From positions 1-34,899 of the forward strand of contig JALNLM010000015.1 in assembly GCA_023254095.1 (NCBI GenBank): a stretch of 34,899 bases of DNA, in the 5' to 3' direction. Both the position numbers and the translations under genes were made by a program. The notes below the pieces were generated by a model. The model saw only the letters and a program-made list of their open reading frames with translations. It was not told the DNA's origin and searched no databases. This stretch comes from Candidatus Geocrenenecus huangii (GTDB lineage: Archaea > Thermoproteota > Nitrososphaeria_A > Caldarchaeales > Wolframiiraptoraceae). This document shows, piece by piece, positions 18,907-27,405 of this stretch; within the stretch, counting starts at the first letter, position 1; each line of letters starts with the position of its first letter.

Positions 18907-19781
18907 GCTTTGGATCTCCCTATTTCACTTTACCGGACTTCACTTATCATAAACCAAGGACTCTTAGAGATGCTTTAGAACTCTTGGAAAAGTATGGCGA
19001 TGATGCAAAGATACTCGCAGGTGGAGTAGGGCTAATCGCCTTCATGAAGGAAAGATTGGTCTCTCCAAGCCACGTAATTGATGTAAAAGAGATACCTGAA
19101 CTTAAGAGACTCGAATATAGGAAAGGTGAAGGACTAATCATAGGGGCCACGATAACTTTTTCGGAGCTAGAATCACACCAAGTGGTAAGAGAAAAGTATA
19201 GAGCATTATATCAAGCAGTGAAATTGGCTTCAGATAGCATAATAAGGAATAGAGCGACACTGGTAGGTAATGTTTGTGAGGCCATACCATGGGTTGATGG
19301 CCCACCCCCGCTGATAGCCTACGGTGCAGAGGTTGAGATAAGGAGTTTGGATAGAGTTCGAAGAGTTCCAGTAGCCGACTTCATTAAAGGACCTGTAGAG
19401 ATAGACCTAGAGCCTAGGGAGATCGTTACATCTATACATGTACCTGAAGTTCCAGATGAGGCGAAAAGCGGCTTCGTAAAATTCAACATAGGCTCTGAGT
19501 TCGCCCTAGTGAATCTCGCAGCTTACCTCTCATTGAACGGGAAGAAGAAAGATGTAAGACTTGTCTATGGAGCTATTTCACCGAAACCTGTTAGAGCATT
19601 AGAAGCTGAAAAGATTCTTTTGGCCGAGGGCGATATGAGAACTCTCATAACGTCAGCTGCCTTAAAAGCATCTGAAGAATTGGAGGTGATCTCGGATGTT
19701 CTTGCCTCGGAAGACTTTAGAAGACACCTTATCAAAGTCCTCACCGTGAAGCTTTTGACAGAGCTTATAGGAGGCGGTTAA
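18903..19781 (+). CDS. Molybdenum hydroxylase FAD (medium) subunit 1
   Basis: AKILAGG, IRNRATLVGN, DGPPPL, ISDVLAS. Confidence 0.93.
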   Translation: MSFGSPYFTLPDFTYHKPRTLRDALELLEKYGDDAKILAGGVGLIAFMKERLVSPSHVIDVKEIPELKRLEYRKGEGLIIGATITFSELESHQVVREKYRALYQAVKLASDSIIRNRATLVGNVCEAIPWVDGPPPLIAYGAEVEIRSLDRVRRVPVADFIKGPVEIDLEPREIVTSIHVPEVPDEAKSGFVKFNIGSEFALVNLAAYLSLNGKKKDVRLVYGAISPKPVRALEAEKILLAEGDMRTLITSAALKASEELEVISDVLASEDFRRHLIKVLTVKLLTELIGGG

Positions 19782-19783
19782 AC

Positions 19784-20263
19784 ATGGTCCATAAAATAAC
19801 TCTAACGGTAAATGGGTATAAGAGAACTGTTGAAGTAAAAGATAACGAGTTATTGCTTGATGTGTTAAGGGATAAACTGAAGATTAAGGGTTTGAAGGCA
19901 GCTTGCTGGCGAGGAGAATGCGGATTATGCACCGTCCTATTAAATGGAAAATTGGTGAAGTCTTGTCTTGTTCTTGCTGTTGAGGTTGATGGTTCTGAGA
20001 TTGTTACTGTTGAGGGTTTGTCAAGAGACGGTGAACTCACAGAGCTACAGAAAGCATTCATAGAGCATGGAGCACTACAATGCGGATTCTGCACACCAGC
20101 ATTCGTACTTGCATCACATCAGCTATTGCTAGAAAATCCCAATCCTACAGACGAAGAAATAAAAGAGAAATTGAGTGGAATACTTTGTAGGTGCGGTACA
20201 TACTACGAGATCATTGAGGCCATCAAGAGTGCATCGAACTTTTATCGAAAGAAGCAGAGATAG
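19784..20263 (+). CDS. Molybdenum hydroxylase [2Fe-2S] (small) subunit 1
   Basis: CWRGECGLCTV, QCGFCTP, LCRCG. Confidence 0.95.
   Translation: MVHKITLTVNGYKRTVEVKDNELLLDVLRDKLKIKGLKAACWRGECGLCTVLLNGKLVKSCLVLAVEVDGSEIVTVEGLSRDGELTELQKAFIEHGALQCGFCTPAFVLASHQLLLENPNPTDEEIKEKLSGILCRCGTYYEIIEAIKSASNFYRKKQR
19955..20104 (+). repeat. 150-bp repeat, copy 1 (inverted, identical to 32505-32654)
   Basis: Base-by-base comparison: GTGAAGTCTTGT...CCAGCATTC is identical to the reverse complement of 32505-32654. Confidence 0.93.
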
Positions 20264-20437
20264 CTAGAGTAGCTTATCTAATTTTTCTTTTAATCCTTTT
20301 TCTAAGCTGGGAGGAGGCTGCCAGTTGATCTGGATTGCTTCTACTCCCTGATCTTTAAGTGAACGGTAGAATATTTCTAACCCAATATTTGCAATCTTTA
20401 GCTCTTCTCTAAAAAGCTTCTTTATTTTTTCGCTCAT
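20264..20437 (-). CDS. Small FdrA-associated protein, 57 aa (below the ORF-track cutoff)
   Basis: Manual translation MSEKIKKLFREELKIANIGLEIFYRSLKDQGVEAIQINWQPPPSLEKGLKEKLDKLL; NxGL..F...L..QG.....W.PP motif; GGAGAG SD; 12 nt after the fdrA stop. Confidence 0.85.
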   Translation of the reverse strand: MSEKIKKLFREELKIANIGLEIFYRSLKDQGVEAIQINWQPPPSLEKGLKEKLDKLL

Positions 20438-20449
20438 CTAATCACTCTC

Positions 20450-22087
20450 CTATACATTTAAGAATTCATTGTACATCTTCTTTAATTTCTCATCTGATAT
20501 TTTACAACGTTTTACCACTAAGGCTGAAGCAAAGGCCATTAATGCGTTCGTTGGGAAGACGGTAACACCTAGGCTTCTCAACTTCTCCTCTTGTATCGAG
20601 GAGTTCTGTGGGTCTGCGTCTGTACCACATACATGCGCCATCATTATTATCTCCCTTGAATTACTCTCAGCTAATCTCTTTGCTTCTATTATTGCATCCT
20701 GCATAGCTCCAACCGGGTCGTTGTGAGCTCCGTAACCTAGAACAAAATCCATGGTTATCACTGCCACTTCAGGATCCTTAGCCTCTTCAACTAATCTCAA
20801 TTTTCGAATAGTTGGGTCTATCATTGGATGAGCTCTTCCAGCTGTAAACTCTTCTTCACCGAGGTCTACCACAGTGTTCATATAGCTCTTATAGGAATCT
20901 TCCAACTTATATTTCAAGTCGAGCGGAGAGTTACTGTATACGTCTTTGCCTAGTAACTCACGGTATATCAAGAGAGACTCGTACATCAATGTCCCGCCAG
21001 TATAGAGAGCTCTTAGGTATCTTTGATTAGGCTTTAAATTGCCAGAAAGCTTCTTGCAGAGTTTCTTCAGCTCTGAGAGTTTGAGAGAGATATCCGACTT
21101 AGCTATCTTATACTTTTCCGGGTCGATTAATTTTACCATGCCGAGAGCGGCTGCATGAAGACTTCTGTAAGAATGCATCCGCTTAGCTAACTTCTTCGGT
21201 GGAATATATCTCTTAGTGCCGAGAAAACATAAGACGAATGGTTTTCTAGTTTCTTCTTCAATGAATTTCACGACCTTCTTTAGTACACTATCATCGGGGG
21301 GCTTAGAGACAATCATTATGGACTTCGTCTCTTCGTCTGCCTCGAGAGATCTGATGCAATCTAGGGTCATTATACCTCCTACGCTCTCTTTTACATCGTT
21401 GCCTCCTACGCCGAGACCTTGTGATACTCCTAGACCAGCCTTATCTATCAGCACGCTAACTTCCTGTAAACCTGTACCAGCAGCTGCGACTATCCCAACA
21501 GCACCTCTTCTAACTTTATTTGCGAATGCTATGGCTTTTCCATTAATAATCGATGTTCCTGCTCCAGGTCCAAGTACTAGCAGCCCTCGTTCACTTGCAT
21601 ATCTCTTTATTTCTACTTCGTCTTCTACCGGTACATGGTCGCTGAATAGATGAATATGGATTCCTTTCTCTAGCAATTTTAAGGCTACTTCTTTAACGTA
21701 TCGTCCCGGTATAGAGACGACCGCTAGGTTGATGTCAGGCATAGCTTCCAAAGCAGCTTCGACTGAGAAATGCATCTTATCAACGGCTGGTTGGAGTATT
21801 GTCGGGGGCTTCATCAACATTTCTTCTATTATTGAGACTATTCTTGGAAGTAGGCTTTCATCTTTCGCTCTAATAGCTAAGATTAGATCATTCGCTGTAG
21901 CTGCCTTTCCTTCATCAGTTAGAAGATTTAATTTCTCTAGGATTTCCTTATTCGTGGTTGTGCCCATCACTAATGCTGCATCAACTACTCCATCTAGCTT
22001 CTTGGCTTCTTCAGATAATTGCATTAGTTGTAATGAGTCTCTGAAGAGATTCGTCTTTACTATGTTTTTGACGGTCTCCATCCTCAT
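20450..22087 (-). CDS. fdrA: FdrA (AllF/YahF-like; succinyl-CoA-synthetase-alpha-like CoA-binding fold)
   Basis: FRDSLQLM, MGTTTNK, SIPGRY, LFSDHV, AAAGTGLQEV, LYTGGTL, FTAGRAHPMIDP, DFVLGYG, VCGTDADPQ. Confidence 0.92.
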   Translation of the reverse strand: MRMETVKNIVKTNLFRDSLQLMQLSEEAKKLDGVVDAALVMGTTTNKEILEKLNLLTDEGKAATANDLILAIRAKDESLLPRIVSIIEEMLMKPPTILQPAVDKMHFSVEAALEAMPDINLAVVSIPGRYVKEVALKLLEKGIHIHLFSDHVPVEDEVEIKRYASERGLLVLGPGAGTSIINGKAIAFANKVRRGAVGIVAAAGTGLQEVSVLIDKAGLGVSQGLGVGGNDVKESVGGIMTLDCIRSLEADEETKSIMIVSKPPDDSVLKKVVKFIEEETRKPFVLCFLGTKRYIPPKKLAKRMHSYRSLHAAALGMVKLIDPEKYKIAKSDISLKLSELKKLCKKLSGNLKPNQRYLRALYTGGTLMYESLLIYRELLGKDVYSNSPLDLKYKLEDSYKSYMNTVVDLGEEEFTAGRAHPMIDPTIRKLRLVEEAKDPEVAVITMDFVLGYGAHNDPVGAMQDAIIEAKRLAESNSREIIMMAHVCGTDADPQNSSIQEEKLRSLGVTVFPTNALMAFASALVVKRCKISDEKLKKMYNEFLNV

Positions 22088-22218
22088 TCGTTTCGAATAG
22101 CTACATCGTATTAGATAAACATTTCTAGTTCATAATTCACATCTACCGTATAGTGTTATTGATAAACCTAAATGATGAAGGGGAGCACGAGGTCTACTTT
22201 CTCGGAGTTAGATAATTT

Positions 22219-22512
22219 TTATCCTCCTCCAATAATCTCGACTAAATCTATTACATCGATAGATACGTTGTCATCTTCAGTAAGTGGAGTCTCAATCCCC
22301 TTTAATAACTTAATACTATGCCCATTCACTAGTATCATCAAGTTATCTCTTAATCTTTCTTCCTGGTAAACAGCTTTCCTAAATTCTTCACCAAAAGTCC
22401 TCGAGATGCTCTCTATGAGTTCTCCAACATTTCTAGGAACTTGATTTAAAATAATCTCATCTTTACCAGCAATCTCTTTCAATCTAGAATATAACCTAAC
22501 TCTTATCCCCAT
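22219..22512 (-). CDS. MoaD/ThiS ubiquitin-like (SAMP-type) sulfur carrier, 97 aa
   Basis: IRVRLYSRLKEIAG, ILVNG, terminal GGG. ATG 22512 lies 5 nt after the DUF2877 stop; the track's 22584 start overlaps the upstream gene. Confidence 0.88.
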   Translation of the reverse strand: MGIRVRLYSRLKEIAGKDEIILNQVPRNVGELIESISRTFGEEFRKAVYQEERLRDNLMILVNGHSIKLLKGIETPLTEDDNVSIDVIDLVEIIGGG

Positions 22513-22517
22513 CCCAA

Positions 22518-23474
22518 TTATGATCTTTGACAACCGGGATAAATATTTTCTACATGTTCGCCTAGGAAAGATCCTAGGGTACAATTTATTAATCTCTCAG
22601 TCAGATTTCTGCTCTTCACTCTATCTATAACTGATGCGAATCCTGTCAAAACTCCTAAAGTAATATCTAAACCGGAAGTATGCCCCCTCCTCGCAAGGTG
22701 GAGGATAGAGTCCATGAAGCTTGTTTCATTCTTCAAAGATATTGAGCTCAGCAATTGATATACATCTTCATCGTAAAGGCCATTCTGAGCATATTTCAAG
22801 AACATTGCGCTAACCCAGTTAGTATTACTAAATAGAATTTCATCTTCTAAGATTACTCTAGGTATCTGGAATCTATCATCTAGTAGATTTAAGAAGCTGA
22901 TGAATCCTAGTAGGTAATCGTCGCCGGAAGGAGTAAAACCTTGACCTAACCCGAGAAGCATTTTATAGTTCTCGGTTTTCTTAATAGCTTCTAGATCTCC
23001 TTTCGAGAATGGATAGACTACTTTATTTAAGAATTCCTTGAATCTACTCAATCCAAGTATTGGGATATTTTCCGTAGAAATATAATATAAGAGTAGGATT
23101 GTCTTCAATCCTTTCAAGTACATTCTCTCGCACAATTCGTCTAATTCACGTATTCTATCTATCTTTTCAGGAAAATAGCCTTCTGCATTTTCTAATCCTA
23201 TTTCAAGTTCTCCGACACGTATATACTGCCTCCCTATCTCTACGTTATCTCCTATTCTAATGTAAGAGTAGAATGGGATGTTTAAAGAGTCTTGAGGAAT
23301 GGTTATGGTATTTGGGGAGCGATTATTCTTCCGATTTACGATAACCATATCTCTACCTACTTGAAGGTACAACGTATTAGCGAACACATGTCTGACCCTA
23401 GAGTATCTTTCCCCCCTCTCTAAGACCTCCTCACATTTTCTTCCAATAGTAGAAGCTTCAACTCTATATCTCAT
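22518..23474 (-). CDS. ylbF: DUF2877 family protein (YlbF/AllH/YahE-like)
   Basis: LLGLGQGFTPSGDDYLLG and GHTSGLD motifs; start chosen at ATG 23474, which overlaps the DUF1116 stop. Confidence 0.88.
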   Translation of the reverse strand: MRYRVEASTIGRKCEEVLERGERYSRVRHVFANTLYLQVGRDMVIVNRKNNRSPNTITIPQDSLNIPFYSYIRIGDNVEIGRQYIRVGELEIGLENAEGYFPEKIDRIRELDELCERMYLKGLKTILLLYYISTENIPILGLSRFKEFLNKVVYPFSKGDLEAIKKTENYKMLLGLGQGFTPSGDDYLLGFISFLNLLDDRFQIPRVILEDEILFSNTNWVSAMFLKYAQNGLYDEDVYQLLSSISLKNETSFMDSILHLARRGHTSGLDITLGVLTGFASVIDRVKSRNLTERLINCTLGSFLGEHVENIYPGCQRS

Positions 23475-24732
23475 ATTCTTGGATGAATGCTTCGAAAGCT
23501 TTCTTGAATACCTCAAATGGGAAAGACACTATGCCAGCGCCTATCTGGCCTATTCCTGCTTCTTTATGGGCGATACCTGTATTGATCGTAGGAACTATGC
23601 CGGTCTTTAATACCTTCCTGATATCTACGCCTGTTGGAGTTCCTTGGAAGTTCAAGTAAGGTATCTGGAAATACCTGTGCTTAGCATATGTTATCTCATA
23701 CATCTTGTTAGTTATCTCGATTGCTGTCTGAACTGTTCCCCCAACCCATGAAACTATAGCTGGAGCCGCGGCCATGGCGAAGCCCCCGAATCCCGCGGTC
23801 TCGGTGATCGAGCTATCCCCTAAATCTGGATTCGCATCTGATTCCGAGAATCCGGGGAACCATACACCTTTAGGTATAGGAGCAGCCGCCGTGAACCATC
23901 TGTTTCCCAATCCGCTAACCCATATTCCGGTCTCCGTACCATTTCTAGACATAACCGTTACGATCGTGCTATACTTGATTTTATGTGCTGCCAATGTCAT
24001 AGCTTTTGCTGCAGCCATCCCGAGATTTAGAGTCGTGAAGTTGTTTCCAGCTAGAAAACTATACACTTCTCTTATTGTTTGTTTATCGAATCCAGAATCT
24101 ATCATGTACGGTGTGACCTCTTTTAGGAGGAGGCTCGTGGCTGCATTGTATCTATTGTGGCAATCGTCACCCATCTGTAATGCCTGAGCTATAATGCTTT
24201 TCAGAGATATGCCTCCTCTATCTTTTACGATCTCTCTAATAGTAGCTTGGAGGATTGGCGCAACTGTAGACTCAATCCATCTAAGTCTATCTATCACTTC
24301 TTTACTATATGCTCCATATCTTAAAACTTTCCCAATACCCTCATTAAAATTGGAATACGTTTTATTACCGTACTTTTTATCGTACACCTCATACACCGGC
24401 ATCCTGGGAGATATTATCCCAGCCATTGGTCCGACAGCATTATGAATATGGGTGGGTTCTAAGACGACTTGACCTGAAGTAACTAGTTTCTCAGCTTCCT
24501 CAGGTGTATCCGCCCACTCCTCATAAAGTATCGCACCTAATATCGCGCCTCTCATCGGGCCGCTTGCCTTCTCCCATGTTATAGGTGGACCTGCGTGAAG
24601 TAATAGGTAATCCTTCATTTCAGGTAATTTTTCTCTAGCTATACCGACATCAACCCATACCGGTTCGGAATCCATCATTCTTTCAACAGCTTCCTTATTA
24701 GCTTTCTCGATCTCATCTTTAACCGAAGACAT
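23464..24732 (-). CDS. ylbE: DUF1116 family protein (YlbE/AllG/YahG-like)
   Basis: LLHAGPPI, GPMRGA, AVGPMAG, NEGIGKVLRYGA, GDDCHNR, RNG, DLGDSSITET, INTGIAH. Confidence 0.93.
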   Translation of the reverse strand: MSSVKDEIEKANKEAVERMMDSEPVWVDVGIAREKLPEMKDYLLLHAGPPITWEKASGPMRGAILGAILYEEWADTPEEAEKLVTSGQVVLEPTHIHNAVGPMAGIISPRMPVYEVYDKKYGNKTYSNFNEGIGKVLRYGAYSKEVIDRLRWIESTVAPILQATIREIVKDRGGISLKSIIAQALQMGDDCHNRYNAATSLLLKEVTPYMIDSGFDKQTIREVYSFLAGNNFTTLNLGMAAAKAMTLAAHKIKYSTIVTVMSRNGTETGIWVSGLGNRWFTAAAPIPKGVWFPGFSESDANPDLGDSSITETAGFGGFAMAAAPAIVSWVGGTVQTAIEITNKMYEITYAKHRYFQIPYLNFQGTPTGVDIRKVLKTGIVPTINTGIAHKEAGIGQIGAGIVSFPFEVFKKAFEAFIQEYEI

Positions 24733-24774
24733 ATCCGGTCATCTTTTAGGGATCTTTAGTTGTTTAAAAACCTT

Positions 24775-24786
24775 AGCTATATAGCT
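24775..24786. promoter_or_regulatory. Perfect palindrome AGCTATATAGCT upstream of the DUF1116-operon TATA box
   Basis: 12-bp palindrome 43 nt from the DUF1116 start, just upstream of minus-strand TTTAAA (24763-24768). Confidence 0.45.
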
Positions 24787-24963
24787 TGAAAGTAATTGTT
24801 CTGGTAGGCAACATATGTAATATTCTTTTCGAGCGTTCCACAAGATTATTGAAGAAACCGTATTATCTGTCAAGTATTTTCCTTTCAAATGTATCGAAAA
24901 TGTTTAAAGGTTTTCTCTTTGAACATTTTAGTGAGATTAGTCATGGTTTGGAGAGCTGTTATT

Positions 24964-25872
24964 ATGAAGAAGAAAGTTGATACAGCTAAATTTCTGCGTG
25001 AAGAATTGGAGAAAAATAAGATCATCGTGGTGCCTGGAGTTTTCAATCCATTATCTGCAATGTTGGTAGAGAGTATGGGTTTTAAAGCAGTATACGTCTC
25101 GGGCGCGGCGGTAACAGCTTCCCTCGGTTTACCAGATATTGGGTTGATAACTATGGATGAGATGGTTAGAGCGGTTAAGTATATCGCCGATGCAGTGGAT
25201 ATTCCGGTTATAGTTGATGCAGATACTGGTTATGGAGAAGCGATGAATGTGGTTAGAGCGGTTAGAGAATTTGAGAAAGCTGGGGCAGCAGCTATCCAAA
25301 TAGAGGATCAGGTGCTTCCGAAGAAGTGTGGACACCTAGCTGGCAAGAAGCTCATCGACCCGTTAGAGATGGCTAAGAAGATTAAAGCAGCTACAGAGGC
25401 TAGGACAAATCCAGATCTGGTTATAATAGCTAGAACAGATGCTAGAGGCGTTAGCGGTTTTGAAGACGCTGTAAAGAGAGCGAAGATCTACCTAGAAGTC
25501 GGGGCAGACGTGATCTTCCCGGAAGCCTTAGAGTCTGAAGAAGAGTTTAAAGAATTCGCTGAAAGAGTAGATGCTTTCTTACTGGCAAACATGACTGAGT
25601 TCGGGAAGTCTCCAATCATATCTTTTAAGAGATTAGAAGAGATGGGATATAATATGGCGATATATCCTGTTACGTTGTTGAGGTTGGCCATGGCCTGTAT
25701 GAGAGAAGGTTTAATAAAGTTGATGGAAGATGGATCCCAAGAGAAGATGATCTCGAAAATGTTTACACGTAAAGAATTATACCACTTAATACATTACAAC
25801 GAGTATGAAGATTTCGACAAGAAGATTTCTGATGAAGTCGAGGAAGGTGTGAGAAAGGTATGGATAGGATAA
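24964..25872 (+). CDS. prpB: 2-methylisocitrate lyase (ORF open from 24889)
   Basis: VDADTGYG, IEDQVLPKKCGH, IARTDAR, IFPEAL, LANMTEFGKSP; SD GGAGAG before ATG 24964. Confidence 0.92.
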   Translation: MKKKVDTAKFLREELEKNKIIVVPGVFNPLSAMLVESMGFKAVYVSGAAVTASLGLPDIGLITMDEMVRAVKYIADAVDIPVIVDADTGYGEAMNVVRAVREFEKAGAAAIQIEDQVLPKKCGHLAGKKLIDPLEMAKKIKAATEARTNPDLVIIARTDARGVSGFEDAVKRAKIYLEVGADVIFPEALESEEEFKEFAERVDAFLLANMTEFGKSPIISFKRLEEMGYNMAIYPVTLLRLAMACMREGLIKLMEDGSQEKMISKMFTRKELYHLIHYNEYEDFDKKISDEVEEGVRKVWIG

Positions 25873-27221
25873 CCCGCATTCTTGCAGAATATGCTTACAA
25901 CGTAGATTACAAGAAGCTACCTTATGAGACCGTGCATGAAGTGAAGAGGAGGATTATCGATTCCCTCGCAGTGGCTTTTGCGGCTTATTATTCAGATCCT
26001 GTAGTTAAGAGTCGACGTGTCGCATCTCAATATGCTGCAGAGAATGGAGGGCGGATAATTGGTACAAGGTATAAAGCTTCACCGGACTGGGCCTCATTTG
26101 TAAATGGCATAATGATAAGATATCATGATTATAATGATACGTATCTTTCTAAGGAACCCTTGCATCCCAGTGATATGATAGCTGCGGCATTCGGTCTCGG
26201 GGACGCATTAGATTCTATAGGGGAAGACGTCATCACGAGTATTGCTGTCGGCTATGAGGCTGCTGTAACTTTCTGCGATGGCGGAAGCCTTAGGAAGAGG
26301 GGATGGGATCACGTAAACTTTCTAGGCATAGGTAGCACCATCCTATCCAGTAAACTCCTCAAACTAGATATAGAGAAGATCCAGCATGCCCTCTCCATAT
26401 ACGCCGTTCCCCATGCTTCTATGAGGCAGACGAGGGTTGGGGAACTAAGCATGTGGAAGGGTGCCGCAGCGGCGAATTCAACTAGAAATGCTGTATTCAG
26501 CTCTCTACTTGCAAAGGAAGGATTTACTGGACCATTCAAACCGTTTGAAGGTGAGATGGCTTTCATAAAGCAACTTTTGCATGGAGATTTCGATGTTAAC
26601 GTTCTATCATCGATGGAGGAGGGGAAACCTCCTAAGAAAATCCTGGATACGTATATAAAGAAATATCCTGTAGAGTATCATGCTCAAACTGCAGTTGACG
26701 CAGTCTTAAGACTTAGAGAGAAAGTCTCGTATACCGATGTGGATAAGATACTTATCGAGACATTCCAAGCAGCATATGATATTATCGGACCAAAGGATCC
26801 TGAGAAATGGGATCCGCATACGAAGGAGACTGCAGACCATTCATTGATGTGGATTGTTTCCGCTGCTCTAGTCTGGGGGGATATCTCTATCGAGCATTAT
26901 CAAAATATACGGGACCCACGAGTTCTATCCTTAATGAAGCGAATGGAGGTTAAGGTGGACCATGAGATAAATGAGAAATATCCAAGTTCTTTTCCCAACA
27001 GGATAACTATAACAACTAGAGATGGACGGAGGTTTACGGAGGAGGTCGAATATGCTAAGGGTCATCCCAAGAATCCTATGTCTGATAAAGAGGTAGAAGA
27101 GAAGTTTAATACTTTAACGATGAGCATTATTCCAAGCGATCAGAGAAGCAGTTTACTACAGAAGATCTGGAGAATAGAAGATTATACCATTAGGGAAATT
27201 GTTGAAGATCTGATCATCTAG
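25860..27221 (+). CDS. prpD: 2-methylcitrate dehydratase (MmgE/PrpD family)
   Basis: RYHDYNDT, HPSD, GWDH, LSMWKG, KKYPVEYHAQ, ETADHSL, GHPKNPMS. Confidence 0.92.
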   Translation: MDRITRILAEYAYNVDYKKLPYETVHEVKRRIIDSLAVAFAAYYSDPVVKSRRVASQYAAENGGRIIGTRYKASPDWASFVNGIMIRYHDYNDTYLSKEPLHPSDMIAAAFGLGDALDSIGEDVITSIAVGYEAAVTFCDGGSLRKRGWDHVNFLGIGSTILSSKLLKLDIEKIQHALSIYAVPHASMRQTRVGELSMWKGAAAANSTRNAVFSSLLAKEGFTGPFKPFEGEMAFIKQLLHGDFDVNVLSSMEEGKPPKKILDTYIKKYPVEYHAQTAVDAVLRLREKVSYTDVDKILIETFQAAYDIIGPKDPEKWDPHTKETADHSLMWIVSAALVWGDISIEHYQNIRDPRVLSLMKRMEVKVDHEINEKYPSSFPNRITITTRDGRRFTEEVEYAKGHPKNPMSDKEVEEKFNTLTMSIIPSDQRSSLLQKIWRIEDYTIREIVEDLII

Positions 27222-27405
27222 AAGCCTGCGTAATCAAATAGCTTGATATCTTTTAAGGAGACGCCCTTAACATTCTTCAAAAATACTTGCCTTAATAAAT
27301 TCTAAGTCGAGCTGAATGACTGACTCTTCAGTATCGAATAACTGTAATCATCATAATGTACCTTTAAATATATCTAACGCATTACCATAATATACGTGAA
27401 TGTGA

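Noticed and set aside
19765-20094. Near-identical antisense ORFs 19765-20094 and 32515-32949
   Set aside because: Shadows of the 150-bp repeat within the two small-subunit genes, not separate genes.
16009-20263. Aerobic CO dehydrogenase (coxGLMS)
   Set aside because: The active-site loop is ALRGFG, not the AYxCSFR of form I CODH, so this is a generic xanthine-dehydrogenase-family hydroxylase.
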